NCBI GenBank assembly: GCA_965203295.1
Contig: CBDBCZ010000016.1
Span: 896,001-960,000, forward strand
Reading direction: 5' to 3'
Origin: Nitrospirales bacterium
Lineage (GTDB): Bacteria > Nitrospirota > Nitrospiria > Nitrospirales > UBA8639
DNA: 64,000 nt
Shown here: positions 1 to 13,846 of the stretch, piece by piece
Numbering within the stretch: position 1 is the first letter of the stretch
Layout: every line of letters begins with the position of its first letter
Program-made: the position numbers and the translations under genes
The notes under the pieces: model-generated
What the model saw: the letters and a program-made list of their open reading frames with translations, nothing else
Database searches by the model: none
Told to the model about the DNA's origin: nothing

Positions 1-13
1 ATGAGTGTTTGTC

Positions 14-72
14 ACTTGGATTGTGTTCCTCCAGCCTTCAAAGCATTTGTTGGGAGGTCTCTGATGAAGCCT
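14..72 (+). ncRNA. Unit 0, subfamily C-like Sm RNA (promoter outside window)
   Basis: GTC-ACTTGGA start as in C units; variant Sm ATTTGTTGG (45-53); AGGTCTC-TGAT-GAAGCCT stem; TATTAC downstream. Confidence 0.5.
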
Positions 73-818
73 ATTACCTGGCCTCATCATGTTCGGCTTT
101 GGTCTTAGCCCTGTGTTGTTTTGTAATTGTTTGCAGTCTCTCCTTTGAGTTACTGCCTCCACATGGCTCAGGCAGAAAACTCAGGGACACTAAATTCTCG
201 ATCAGGCTACTGCCATGCCACTGGCAGATGCTTGTATGATAGCTATACTAGCTAGATGGACATTTATACATATGACAAGTTACAGAAAAAGCACTTTCCA
301 AAAAGTGCAGAAACCAGTGATGTAGGGATGCACTAGCTACCAGCAAAAAACACTTCCCCAAAAACCAACGAAACAAGCGACAATGCACACCGGAAGGCGT
401 GCACAGACTATAGCCACACATCACAGCGCGTTGCATTTACTGCATACCTACCATCCCTAGGCACCATAAGGACGGGGACAGAATATGCATTGGTGTATGC
501 CACTGTGACAGTTTTCACTGTACAAGTCAGAGATAATGGTTTTCGGGCAGTTGCTGTTTACTAAGAGCATACACACTTAGATCGTTTGTGTGGGGAAGGC
601 CTGGGAGCAAGGCTACAAGAGTCCATAGTACAAATGAAAGGAGTGCTACACCTCAGTATAGCAATGTGATTTCTAATGATGTCATGGGGCAGGATGTACT
701 GGTCTCATATTCCCTTTCTGAGCAGGTCTCAACCACAAGTAGCAGTATGTAGTCAGTGATAACCAGTGGTAGAAGACTCTAGTCAGTGATATCGGCTGGT
801 AGTCAGTGCAGTAAACAG

Positions 819-1426
819 TAGCCTCGCGCCCAGGCTCATTGCGTGGGGGAAAGTTGAGCCTGGTACACACTGTTCGCGCATACGCAAGAATTTGCGGAAA
901 AGAGTCAGTAAACGTATCCGTGAATGACCTCAGCCACGTGGTAAGGAGTAATACGGAGCAGCATACATGTATAGTAAGCGGAAGAATTAGAAATTAGCTC
1001 ATTCTGTCCAACCTCAGATAGCTTTAAAACCAGTTTAAAAATAGCAATAAGACCTGTACCTTTCTATCCTCTAGGATTATGGTATATCTCTTACCGCAAA
1101 AATTCGGAAGCGCCTCCCTTTTGGTAGTGACTCGATTTTCGATCGCAGATCTGGTCTTCTAGGCCTTTAGGAAGCAAGCGGGATCGAAGACTCAAACTAG
1201 CAATCACTTTTGAGGCATCTACATGGCTTAAAAATGCTCCCAGGCGCATATAACTTGCCAACTACTCTAGTGCAACGGACGGTGATACGATGATAGATGG
1301 ATAATATTACGCTGTAGTATCCGCTAGTTTCCAAGCCCCCAGAAATCCTGGGGGAACTGAGCATGCGCAAACAGTGTGTACCAGGCTCAACTTTCCTCCC
1401 ACGCAATGAGCCTGGGCACGAGGCTA
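819..1426. mobile_element. Non-autonomous TIR element, AcademH-like
   Basis: TAGCCTCG..CGAGGCTA termini, ~60 bp TIRs, 9-bp TSD AGTAAACAG/AGTAAATAG. Confidence 0.8.
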
Positions 1427-1485
1427 AGTAAATAGTTGCTAGCCTGTTCCATTGCTAGTGGCTGACGTCTCACTGGGTGTAATAA

Positions 1486-1644
1486 TATTCATGTTCATAA
1501 TCATAATTGCATGGACTGTAAAACCCACAAGTGGTTTGAGCAAGTGCTGCTATATAAGCCGGGACAGGCACACCACCACTGCACACATAGAATGGTATAA
1601 TGTACTGGTGAATAGTACAATTTTTGGAGGCTTCTCAAGAAGCC
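1486..1644 (+). ncRNA. Unit 1, subfamily A cassette (predicted RNA ~1575-1644)
   Basis: TATTCATG 1486, AAACCCACAAGTG 1521, TATATAA 1551, Sm AATTTTTGG 1619-1627, hairpin GGCTTC-TCAA-GAAGCC 1629-1644. Confidence 0.75.
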
Positions 1645-2098
1645 ATTGCAAAGAGCCACGCAGATACTATAATATTTACAAAAAGTGCAAAAAGCACTCA
1701 TGTAGGGATGCACTCCCACCAAAAAAAAACACTTCCCCAAAAACCAATGAAACAAGCAACAGTGCACACCAGCAGGCGTGCACAGACTACCCACACATCA
1801 GAGTTCTTTGAAAATGTTATGCCCGAAAGGCACTATTTGAGGGTCAACCATGCCTGGTCGTGTTGGAATCTTTTTAATCGCTTCACCCATTATTGTGCTA
1901 GTCTGGCTGAAAGAATATGACAAAGACGAACAAGATGGACTGTTCAGCGGTTTTAACCACTTGCCGCTTTGGTACTTCAAAGATGTTTATTAGCAGTACC
2001 AACAGTCTGGTTAATGATGACAGTGCTCGACAAGAACTGGTAGGGCTCATATTAGCCCTAAACTACACTTACAGCAGAGTTTTGAACATGTCATTTTG

Positions 2099-2538
2099 TA
2101 GTCTCGTGCCCAGACCACACCCCTGCCGGGACACGTGTACTATACTATCCATGCTGCTACTACTAAAGATCGCTATAGAGATGGATGGCTGCCGCCCCAA
2201 GCTTGCCCATTTGTGGTATTTGCAAAACTGCTATAGTGCACACGAAACAGCGACGGAAGCTGAATCCACCGTACCTCTGGACGCCAAATAACACTGCCGC
2301 TTTCACCACATCCACAGGAAACTCTCGCTTTAGACGCTTCACCAACACTTTCGAAGCCATCATTTCACCGCAATGCGAGTCTTAGACTGTAAATTATTTC
2401 ACGCGTAGGTACTAATTCTAATTAACGCCATTCTGCAATCTGATTGGTCGCATTGAGATTTCAATGCTAGCCCCCAGATTTGAACTTGCGTAGCCAGACC
2501 ACTTTCCCCAGCAGGGGTGTGGTCTGGGCACGAGACTA
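2099..2538. mobile_element. Non-autonomous TIR element, AcademH-like
   Basis: TAGTCTCGTGCCCAGACCACACCCCTGC TIRs, perfect 9-bp TSD GTCATTTTG. Confidence 0.85.
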
Positions 2539-2615
2539 GTCATTTTGTACGCATTTAATGTGGAAGCCATTTTTTTCCAGGGCCATCCCTACATATGGAG
2601 TACTACCGTACTCCT

Positions 2616-3426
2616 TAGCCTCGAACCCAGCCGTCCCAGCTTTTTTTCGCTTGCAGGAAGAAAAAGCGGAACGCCTGGGAACACTTATCACGTGATATTA
2701 CGTAACTTTAATTGAACGTGGGCGGGAGTAACCGTAAGCGATAAGCAACCCACGCTAATTAACGGCTGATTTTAGCGCGCTTTGCCCGGGTTTCTGGACA
2801 GCGAAGTATTCGCGCTTTACAGCTACAGATGGGAGTGCAACGACCATGAATCGACTCAACAAGTTACGTGAACAAGCTCCAGCGTTTCCAGAGGCGGTAC
2901 TTCTCCAAAATGGCGACCACGTTGCATGACGTCATTGTTCTATTTTTAGTGATGTCATATTTTTACAATAGCAGGCAGTATGGTTTTACCGGTGCTGCTC
3001 TCCTTACAGGCAGCTCAGTGTGTTTAGTTATCTTGTTAGCTATGCGAGAGGCTAGCTATATAGTACGCGTGCATGCTTGACGAGAACGGTACTATACCGG
3101 TCATAATCTCGCTAGCCAGACGGTCAGTAGAGAATGGATCTCTTGCAACGCCTTCGCGGGTCCAGCATCTTTTGCGAGTGATAAAGGTATGTCTTTCTTA
3201 CAGAAACACATGAAATTGTGCGCTGTTAGTGAGCGTACGAGTAGTGCCCGTTTGCGTGGGCAAGCTGAGCTCGGTTGCCATCTTGCGGCCGTGCACCCCA
3301 CGCGCAATTAAGTCGGTTCTACCCTTGGTTCTACCTTTACGTCATATCACGTGATAAGTGTTCCCAGGCGTTCCGCTTTTTCTTCCTGCAAGCGAAAAAA
3401 AGCTGGGACGGCTGGGTTCGAGGCTA
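2616..3426. mobile_element. Non-autonomous TIR element, AcademH-like
   Basis: ~80 bp near-perfect TIRs starting TAGCCTCGAACCCAGCC; 8-bp TSD GTACTCCT. Confidence 0.85.
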
Positions 3427-5485
3427 GTACTCCTGATATAATGGAGTACAGTAGCACTGGAGAGGAGTGATCACATGCACTATAGTGGAATGCAATTAGC
3501 TATGCTTTCTGATGATGTAAGAAAACGTGTTGGGCAGAGAGGAGCAATAATAACCGCTCTGTGAGTGATCTTGTGCAAGTTTTCACAGTAAAATAGCTAG
3601 AATTTGAGTGGTAAAACCGCTATCTTACTGTAGCTTTACGAATTATTTTCCAAGCTCACTGAAAATCCACTGTCTAATTTTCTGCATCACAGCTCCATAC
3701 TTGCAACCCATAGTTTTTGAGGGGGCGTCCCCACCCGTCCCCTCGAAGGTTGTAGAACTACAAAACGTTCTGTAGGCCAGATACCGTATACCTCTGCTCA
3801 CCTTCCATAGTCTTCTCAATGGAATGCTATTAGCTTTACGTGACATCATTGGCATTTCATTGACGTACATGTGATCGCTTCCAACCACCTCTTAGTACTC
3901 CATATATAGGGATGGCCCCCCCAAAAATGGCGTCTCAATTAAATGTATACAAAATGACATGTTCAGAACTCTGCTATAGGTGTAGTCTAGGGCTAATGTA
4001 AACCCTACCAGTCATTCTCGAGCATTGTCATCACAAACCAGACTGTTAGAGTATCTCTTAAGTACCAAACCAGCAAGCCGCTAAAACGGCCGAATTGTCT
4101 ATCTTCTGATTCTTCCTTAGCCAGGCTAGCACAATAATGGCGCATTCACAATGATATTCCCCGGGGTATTGCACTCGTAGTATAGCGTTTTAAAGAAATC
4201 AAAAGTGACTCACGAGTACTCTCGAGTGGATGCTTGCTGTTTCACACCATTTAATAACTTGGATTACACATATGCAGATTGCACGTGATTGTCTACTTAT
4301 CGCCTTCCATTGATCGTGCTAGCTGTCCGGGCCTAAGCTGCTGAGTTGCATCTCCTGGTTAATCACTGCGTAAGTTACACAAACTGTAGCTGAATGCACT
4401 ACTCACAAGGCTGATTATATTTGATTGGCTGTGAGGGAAGGCGTGCCCCATCTCATTACTTAGTCATTCAATGTCTGAAAACAAAGGGGGTACAGTAGGT
4501 ACTTTTAGGCCCTATAGGGGGTTACTTTTTCACAATATGGTGGCACAGTGCCCCTCTAAAGCAACATAGAGAGAACTCTGGAGCCATGAGCAATGGCTTT
4601 GTCACTGACTTGGCCTGAACCTAGATTCAGAACAGGAGGTTGGAATGTAAGAGTTTCATTCAGTAGCATCTGCTGTCATGGAGTGCGAGCGAGGTGGCAG
4701 TGCTACTATCTTCACAGCCATAGCCTAGCGTACATGTAAGTACAGTAAATGGTGCTGATTCCATTTAAAGCAGCTCAGCATGGCTACGTGCACGCTCATA
4801 CATAATCACTGTAGTAAGCATGAAAGGTTCTATGTATAAATATGCACACAACATTTCTTTTTGTGGCCAAAGTGTAATCTCTAGCTTCTGTTTGTATGGA
4901 ATACCTCGCATTTGAGCGCTGGTTCCAGCCGGAGGCAGTGACTGAGAGGAGAGACTACAAACAGCTGCTAGACCACTCAAGCAAGCTAGCACTGTAGCCT
5001 AGCTACCATAGGCTACATGCAGGTGAAAAGCTGCTGACTCCATTTACTGATGCACATCGACGTGGTTAGCCTAGCATAGCAGTTATAGCTCTGCTTGGCT
5101 TTCACTTACAGGACTGTACCACAACTAACCTTTGTGATAAGTGCCTGTCATCGTGAGACTACGTCTTGTAGTGGAAAGAGCTAGCCTCGTACCCAGGCTA
5201 TGGAAAGAGCTAGCATCATCTCACACTTATTTGCAAACACGTGGTACTTTGACCACAATCTTCACGGGTCACGAGTGAGAGTGCATTTGGGAGCACGCGC
5301 ATGCAGCTTCCGTTTTTGTTTTTGACACGTATGCACGGACACACAAACGGGCACACGAACACAACCAGGCATAATAATAGATACATGTATTTTGCCTCAC
5401 TTATTCTATGTGTCTAGCTTATATTTTTGGGTTGGTTGCCTGGGGTGTTTTAGTTAAAAGTATTGATTGAGGTCCTGTTTGATAG

Positions 5486-5639
5486 TATTCATGTGTCTTA
5501 ATTATTCTGAATAAGGAAACCCACAAGTGTTTTGAGCAAGTGCTGCTATATAAGCTGGCCTGGGGCTGTGGGGCAGTGGAGTCCTGTCTGTTCTAGCAGC
5601 AGAAAATTAATAATTTTTGGAAGGCTTCTAATTGAGCCT
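5486..5639 (+). ncRNA. Unit 2, subfamily B cassette (predicted RNA ~5572-5639)
   Basis: TATTCATG 5486, TATA 5547, Sm 5612-5620, AGGCTTC..GAGCCT stem, then ATTACAAGTAGA. Confidence 0.75.
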
Positions 5640-7176
5640 ATTACAAGTAGACCTGTTCTGGGTTACATGTAGCCCTTTTGTGAGTGGGTGGTGGGTGGCA
5701 CACGCCTTAGAAAGGTGGGTCTGATACCTTCAATGTTCGTAGTTGGGGAGTGTTACGTCAGTGGTCCCAGTTCTGAATTCTGGTTCGGCACTGTGATTGG
5801 TTGATTATAGTATTTCATCACCGCGGATATCATACGGTAGTTTGCAGTATCCATAGAAGTGGCCATGTGGCTAGTTGTGACAGATTAGGATCTTTGGTGT
5901 ATTTAGTTTGCTAATAGACGGAATGGACACCCCCTTTTATACCTGTGTGCATGTTAATAGGTGCTAGTGCTAGGTATTTTGTTTGTCTCTGTTGTAGTAG
6001 GTGTGATTTCCGTTGCTAGGTCCTTAGTATTTAAGTGTTTGCTATTGTACAGTGTTTGTCTTTAGTCCTCCATCAGTATCTGGTTTTGGTGTCGAAAAGT
6101 AGAGAGCTCGGTCCGCTACACTAGTGTACTGTGACATCCGTTTTGTGATGTAATGGTACCCCAACTTTGAATATACAAGGCACCAGACCCACCTTTCTAA
6201 CGTGGGGTTGGGCGCGAGACTAGTGCCTGGGTGTGTTCGCTGCAATGCAGCAGCCTCCCTCGGCCAATGCCCCATCCTATCTGCAAAATGGGTAACAGTA
6301 AGTGGGCAGTGACAGCCACTGGTAGAAAACAGACTTGTTGTTTTTTGTTGTTGTTTTTTTTTGGGGGGGTTATTTACAGTAGCCTCTTCTACAGTACAGA
6401 GCAGCTGAGATGGTAGTGTGCAGTACTACTGGAATTGATGGAGTCCAGTGGTGTAATAGGTGGGGAGCTTTGATTAGAACATTTGGAGAAGGAGGGCTTT
6501 AGCTTTCTCCAGATCTATGTAACTTGGCAGAAATGCCATTTTGAACACACTGTATTGACCCCCCCCAAGTTCGAGGGGCGTGAAAAACATACTTCGTGGG
6601 CAGAACAAGCATGTATACTGCTAGTGTGGGGCTCCCTCAGGCTCACCCCAATCAAACTCTCTTAGGGTCTAGTCAGAGGAGATTGGAAGCAATCACATGT
6701 ACATGTACGTAAGTATTGCATGATGTTACGTTTGATTAGCTAATTGAGATGAATGCGGAAGGTATGCAGAGTTGGTATCTGACCTAAAGAATGCTTCCTA
6801 GCTCTGTCTACAACCTTCAAGGGGACGGGTGGGAACGCCCCCTCAGAATCCTTTGACTTACAAGTGTTAAGATGTGCTACAAGAAGATTGGCAGTGGATT
6901 GTCAGTGATTGAGCTTGCAAATTTTCCTCTGTACAATAGTTAGCAATGCTGCACACTATTTCATTTACTGTAAAACTGCTAATTTGCACAAGATCACTAA
7001 AAAGGGAAGCTGTTATTGCTTCTCTCTGCCTGAGACTTTTGCATGACATCATCAGATGGTATAGCTATCTCATCCCACTACAGTTCACGTGATCACTTCT
7101 GACCTCCCAGAGACCTGGGTATGAGGCTGGGTTGGTGACCACGTGTTCCCTGTGTCATGCAAATAACTTGGAACTA

Positions 7177-7301
7177 GGAAACCCATAAGTGTTGTGAGCA
7201 AGTGCTGCTATATAAGGTGGCACCACGTTAGTCACTTGGAATAGTACGTTTCCCAAAGCTTTGCTGTTTATGTAGAATTTTTAGGAGGCTTCTGTTGAAG
7301 T
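7177..7301 (+). ncRNA. Unit 3, subfamily C cassette (RNA ~7234-7301), partly degenerate
   Basis: GGAAACCCATAAGTG, TATA 7209, Sm AATTTTTAG 7276-7284, shortened stem GCTTC-TGTT-GAAGT; upstream TATTCATG box deleted. Confidence 0.6.
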
Positions 7302-8709
7302 ATGCCTGTGCTTATTGTGCTCACAATCTTCCCTTTTTATCTCCTCATACATGTATACATGTATTTTGTCACTTTTATTCTATGTGTCTAGTTTATATTT
7401 TTGGGTTGCCCAGAGTGTTTTAGACAACAAGGATTTTAGGCTGCCATTGACATGTTTATGGTTGTCATATTTGAATTTCTTTCTGATATGTTGTAAAGTA
7501 TGTTTGATAGGTTATCAGGTTTAATATCATCCATACAAGTGGCTCAGCTGATGGTATAAACAGCAGCTATATAAGAGAAGAAAAGCCAGCCTGTTCACGA
7601 ACACGAGGAGACTATTTTTATGAGTGTGTTTACGGAGACCATCTTCCCTACATCTCCTTACCCAGGATGGTCTCCGTAAGCGCACTGCGCTGTGATTTGT
7701 AGCTACTATGTAATGCATTAGGCTGTGATGTGTAGGTAGTCTTGCATTCGTACATGAATGGGTTTTGCACTTTTTGGTAAAGTGATTTTTCATGGTAACT
7801 TGTTTGGGTGTTTTTTGGGGGGGAGGGGGCGTGGCAGTAGAGCCTGGCAACAGCACCTTTAATTTGTGCCAACCAAACATAATCAGCCGTATGAGTAGCT
7901 AAGTGTATTTATTTTTATAGCTACAGTCCGTGTAACTTACGCAGTGTTCAACATCGCGACGCAGCTCAGCAGCACAGGCCCAAGCAGCCTGCACAATCAA
8001 AGTAGGCGTTAAATAGATGAACACATGGTGGCAGGCAGTCTGCGCATGCGCATCCTACCAACAATGGTGTGTGAGTGGCAAGCGCTCACTCAAGAGTGCT
8101 CGTTATCACTGCTAAACTAATTCAAGTTCTTTGAAAACGCTATTTCCAAAAGTCACTACCCGAAGGTCAATCATGCCCGTTCGTGTTGGAATCTTTCTGA
8201 TCGCTTCACCCATTTTTGTGCTAGCCTGGCTGAAAGAATCTGACTGAGATAGACGGTGAATCTGCAGTTTTACCCGCTTGCCGCTTTGGTACTTCAGAGA
8301 TGTTCTTTAGCATTGCTAACAGTCTGGTTGGTGATGACAACACATGAGAATAACTAGTACGGCTCATATTACCTCTAGACTACACCTACAGCAGAGTTTT
8401 GAACAAGTCATTTAATACACAGCTGGCGGCGCGCAGGGTGTAATTGGGGCGAGTGCGAGCGAGCCCCACACTTGTCATGTCAACGCGATTTTCTCTGTCT
8501 GTCTCGTACGTCGTGCCGAATCTAAACATTAATTCGCGAATAGCGAAAAATGGTCACGTGTGTAAAATTGCAACCCCAACTACATTCGCGTGTTGTGTAC
8601 TCTGAAGATACATCCATTTAGACTCGCTCAACTTAAGTCGTGCTCTGCATGCTACCATCTTTGTGCATTAGTACCTATGTACTCCTCACGCGCTGCATTC
8701 ACCTAGTGA

Positions 8710-8875
8710 TATTCATGTTCGTAATTATAATTGTATGGACAAAGAAACCCACAAGTGGTTTGAGCAAATGCTGCTATATAAGCTAGGACAGGCACACCAC
8801 CACTACACCTCTTATCATACAGAGAGTGGTGTTACTGGTGAATAGTAAAAATTTTTGGAGGCTTCTCAAGAAGCC
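8710..8875 (+). ncRNA. Unit 4, subfamily A cassette (RNA ~8800-8875)
   Basis: TATTCATG 8710, TATA 8775, Sm 8850-8858, GGCTTC-TCAA-GAAGCC. Confidence 0.75.
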
Positions 8876-9088
8876 ATTGCAAAGAAACACTGCAGATACA
8901 ATTGTCCTTACTTCCTTTCCTTTTTTTGGTTTGGAGGGAGAGGGAAGGTCTAGCAGCTGGACTAGGAGTACAGTGGCACTGGAGAGGAGCGATCGCATGC
9001 ACTATAGTGGAATGCAATTAGCTATGCTGTCTGATGATGTAAAGAAAACGTCTCAGGCAGAGAGGAGCAATAATAACTGCTCCACGAG

Positions 9089-9516
9089 TAGGCTTGGGCG
9101 GATTATGCCGGCATAGTTTTGGGAATAATAGGCACGAAGAAGCATTGAGAATAATGTGGGAATAATAGGGCAGTTTTCGGGAATACTGCGAACCTTGAAC
9201 GGAAATATTCGGAGTAGATCTCGCCCACCACAAACTCTGCATGCGTTTATGGCGTCTAGCAGTGGTTCTGAAGGGAGAATGGCTGGTCTACAGCATGCAA
9301 ATTAATTTTATTCCAACATGCTGTGCTTCAATAGTGATAAATAGCGTCACAAGCCAGTCAGCGACCGAAGAAAGCGTTACATACGCAATTTTGGCGGGAT
9401 TTTAGTGGGAATAATGCGAGAATAATAGGCAGTCACTCGGGAATAATAGGGCAGTTTTGTGAGAATAGGGGAATAGAATTATAGGTAACTTTTTGAGCAT
9501 AATCCGCCCAACCCTA
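9089..9516. mobile_element. hAT-like MITE
   Basis: TIR TAGG(C/G)TTGGGCGGATTATGC; 8-bp TSD TCCACGAG/TCCACAAG; internal GGAATAATAGG repeats. Confidence 0.75.
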
Positions 9517-9843
9517 TCCACAAGTGATCTTGTGTAAGTTTAGCAGTTTCAAAGTAGAATATGTGTGGTAAAACTGCTATCTTAATATTACTGTAGCTTT
9601 ATGAAATATTTTTGCAAACTCACTGAGAATCCACTGTATTCAACCCAATTTTCTGTAGCACAGCTCCATACTTGCAAGCCAAGGTTTTTGAGGGGGCGTC
9701 CCCACCCATCCTCTCAAAAGATTGTTGAGCTACAGAACGTTTTGTAGGCCAGGTATCGTATAGCTCTGCACACCTTCTGTATTCTTCTTAATGGAATGTT
9801 ATCAGCTATACGTGACATGGGCATTTTATTGACGTACATGTGA

Positions 9844-10697
9844 GGTACAAGGACTTTAGGGAGAGACACCATAAGCTCACCACCACGCTACTCAAACAGG
9901 GATATAAATATGATCAATAATATGCTTAGCCTTGAAGAAATTTAATAGTAAATATAAGAACATTATGGATAAGTTTGGAGTAACATTGAGACACCACATT
10001 AAAGAAGGTATACCATTACCCTTGAATACCATCCATGGGCTTAACAGTATGGTTACTATTAGATAGTATGCTCTATTTAGAATTTTGGCAGATGTAGTAC
10101 TTATGAGGCTTCAAGTACAATATAGCAGGAGGTACAAGGACTTTAGGGAGAGACACCATAAGCTTAGCAGGAACTAAGGGCTAGCTGTTTGAACTCTGGG
10201 TAGAAGAAAAGGGTGAAGAAATAACTACATGTACCAGAGGGTATTGAAGATGTTTTTAGAATAGGCTGTATTTCTTAGCTGATATGACAGGTCATAGGGG
10301 CACCAGTTGGATGGGGAGAGTTGGCATGCCATAAAAGATCTTTAACCCATCACCCCTGGTTCTCGAGGTCAGGCAACTGGTGCTGTTTTCAATTTTTCTA
10401 TTACTTTCTAGGCTACTTTTTCATAGTGAGTTATTTTATATTTGCACTTGAATAACCTTTTACCCTTTTGAGCCTTTAACCCCTTTTAACCCTTTTTAAC
10501 CTTTTACCTTTTAACCCTTTCAAACCTTTTGTTTAACTTTTTCAAACCCCTTTTAACCTTTTAAACCCTTTTTAACCTTTTAACCTTTTAACACTTTGCC
10601 CTTTTTAATTACTTTACTTTTCCATGTTTGTTGTATATATACTGCATGCTACTTAACGAGTGCATTGAATTTGGATAGAAATGGCCCTTCTAGTTTT
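9844..10697 (+). mobile_element. 5'-truncated Penelope-like retroelement fragment
   Basis: Translates RYKDFRERHHKLTTTLLKQGYKY / LALKKFNSKYKNIMDKFG (PLE RT thumb-like, frameshifted); ~35-bp direct repeat 9842/10129; (TTTAACCY)n tract; flanked by CATGTGA duplication. Confidence 0.6.
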
Positions 10698-13261
10698 CAT
10701 GTGATCGCTTCCAACCACCTCTGAGTAGTACTCCATATGTAGGGAAAAAAATGGTGTCTCCATTGAATGTGTACAAAATGATATGTTCATAACTCTGCTG
10801 TAGGTGTAGTCTAGGGCTAATGTGAACCCTACCAGTCATTCTCGAGCATTGTCGTCACTAAACAGACTGTTAGGGTTGCTACAGAACCAAACCTAAAGTC
10901 GCTAAAATGGCTGAATCGTCCGTCTATCTTCTGATTCTTCTTCAGCCAGGCTAGCACAACAATGGCTGAAGCAATCACAATGATTCAAGCATGAACAAGC
11001 TGGATATTCTCTGTGGTATTGCACATGTAGACTGCTGGACCTAGAGGGCACACTTACAATGTATTGATCACCACTCCTTATTGTTTGCTGTAGCCACCTG
11101 GCTGTCTAGTCTATGTTTACAACTATCACCTGGTATTTCTCTCTTGGAGTCACCACATTCTAGAACTTACTATTGACACCTGCACACTACATGTATAAAT
11201 GACTGCATTGCACAGAATGATCAGTTCTTGTGCTCTGAGATTCTGAGTTGAATAGAGCAGTTACACACACGTACATGTAGCATAGCGCTTTCAAAAAAAT
11301 TGATCTGGTTTAGCAGTGATTCACGAGTGCTCTTGAGTGGACGCTTGCCCGTTTCACTCCATTTAATGACTCGGATTGTGCATATGCAGATTGCATGTGG
11401 CTGATTACATTTGGCTGGCACAAGTCCAAGTGGCTTCTGGCCAGTGGTGCTGTCGAAGAATAACGTGTAGCCATACTCTCACCGGTGTCATTAGGAAAAA
11501 ACTCACCCAGTCACCCGTCTGTAAGCACCCTGTATCCGTTCCAAGAGGAATACTACTGGAGGGGGCACACAGCTACACCAGACATAGCGGCATCAAACCC
11601 ACCATGCCCTTTCACACACCGCCCCTCCAAAATATAAAACACCCCAAAATATGTTACAGAAAAGAACTTTACAAAAACCTGATGGTCTCCATAAACGTAT
11701 TACTCTGTGATTTGAAGCTGCTGTGTAACGCTGTAATGCGTAGGTAGCCTGTGAAGGTATTTGCTCCACTCCCCCCACGAGTAGCAGTAAGCGGGTGGTG
11801 ACAGCCACTGGTAGGAGACTCGACTCATTTCTTATCTGGTCTTTTTAGATTAAACAGTTTGTAGCTTGTTCCGAGCCTCGTACCCAGGCCTTCCCCTCAC
11901 TTGCGGAAATAGACGGGGGAGAGTAGAGCGGGGAGAGGCCGGGTCGATTTTATCATGTGCGCAACCGCAGGGTAGACGTCCTTTCCATCGAGATGAATAC
12001 AGAAGGTATGCGCAGAGTTGATATCTGACCTAAAGAACATTCCTAGCTCTCTCTGCAACCTTCAAGGGGACGGGTGGGGATGCCTCCTCAGAAACTTTTG
12101 GCTTGCAAGTATTAAGGTGTGCTACAAAAAGATTGGGCTTGAATGCAGTGGATTGTCAGTGATCAAGCTTGTACATTTTACTGTGAAAGTGCTAAACAAG
12201 ATCACTAAAAGGGAAGCTGTTATTGCTCCTCTCTGCCTGAGACTTTGCATGACATAATCAGACAATATCATCATCATCGTCATCATCAATTCTGTCCGTC
12301 TCTGAGTCCGTCCGTCTGTCTGTGTGTAACGGATGTGACGTCACACGCGCGATTGCGCGAGAATACGCGAGAAGACTGTGATGTCATCATGGGAGTACTT
12401 AGAACTTTGACCACTGCATGTGTTGGGACGCTCTGACAGTCGACGGTATTATCATGATGGCCTCAAACGAGCACTTTAAGCGCACTCTATCACGCAAAGG
12501 TTAGTGGCTGTATAGTCCTGTATGTGTAAACCAGGCACAGCTGTAACTGCTACGCTAGATGTGCATTAAATGGAGTCAATGCCACATGTACATGTAGGCT
12601 GTGGCTATTGCAGATCTAGGCTTTCGGTCTTAGCTTTCCTGTTTTGATGTTTGTAGTTTCTCCTTCTGCAGTTGTTTGCAGCTTCTCCTTTGAGTTACTG
12701 TCTCCACATGGCTCAGGCAAGAATCTCAGCTACACTATAGTCTACTATGCTACCAGTAGGCATACAAAGTGCTTTGGCTACTAAAAGAACGTGGTGTGCA
12801 CACATGCTATGCACGTTCTCCCCACTATCACAGTCGCAAAGTTGAGGCCTGAATGTGGAGCTACCTCAACGTTGCTCAGTCGGCAGCACTACTAACTGCC
12901 ATTGGCACTGAGATCCAAATGTTTCAAACAAATCACCTAGAGAAGACACTTTTTATTTCTATCTGTATAGAGCGAGCGAGCTCAACAAACACAACTACTT
13001 GTAGCTATCATCCCACTACAGTTCACGTGATCCAGTGTTCTAGCTAAAGAGTGGAAGAGTGGTGCTCCACCGCTCTTAAGTAGACCATTATCTTTTGATG
13101 TGGTTGAAAGAATGTAATTAACACCGCAGCTGTGCTTTGATCTCTAGGATAGCATCGCTCTTTGCTACTGCTTCTGGCTAGAACACTGCGTGATCACTTC
13201 TGACCTCCCAGAGGCCTGGGTATGAGGCTGGGTTGGTGACCACGTGTTCCCTGTGGGATGG

Positions 13262-13394
13262 TATTCATGTACCCTAATTGCAAATAATTTTGCACTAGTA
13301 GTGTTGTGAGGAAGTGCTGCTATGTAAGGTGGCACCATGTCAGTCACTTGGAGTACGTTTCCCCAAGCTTTTGCTGTTTATGTAGAATTTTTGG
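13262..13394 (+). pseudogene. Unit 5, degenerate subfamily C cassette
   Basis: AAACCCACA box deleted, TATGTAA at 13321, Sm 13386-13394 intact, 3' hairpin deleted. Confidence 0.65.
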
Positions 13395-13846
13395 TCTCTT
13401 TGTACATTCATACATGTATTTTGTTACTTTTATTCTATGTGTCTACTGTCTAGCTTATATTATTGGGTTGGTTGCCCGAAGTGTTTTAGACGACAGAGAT
13501 TTTAGGCCGACATTGACATGTTTATGGCTGTCATAATTAAATCTCTTCCTGAGATTATGCTTGGTAGGTTGTCAGGTTTGATATCGGCCGTACAAGTGGC
13601 TCAGCTAATGGTATAATTATATAGCAGCTAGAGAAAGAGCCAGCCTGTTCAGAAACACAGAGAAAAGCTACCGGGCTTTCCCCCGTCTTATGATGTTTTA
13701 GAGGGGAGAGCCTGGGGACGAGGCGATACACATCATGCAGTAGTGCAAACCTGAAGTAGTTTCATTGAAGGGCTCCTGGGGTCAAGATAGGGTTCAACCA
13801 TGAGGTCAAGAAATGTGATTAGGAATTTAGGGTCCCTGTTTGATGG

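Noticed and set aside
3509..3528. Hammerhead-like CTGATGA..GAAA (also ~9031)
   Set aside because: No stem II or flanking helices can be formed.
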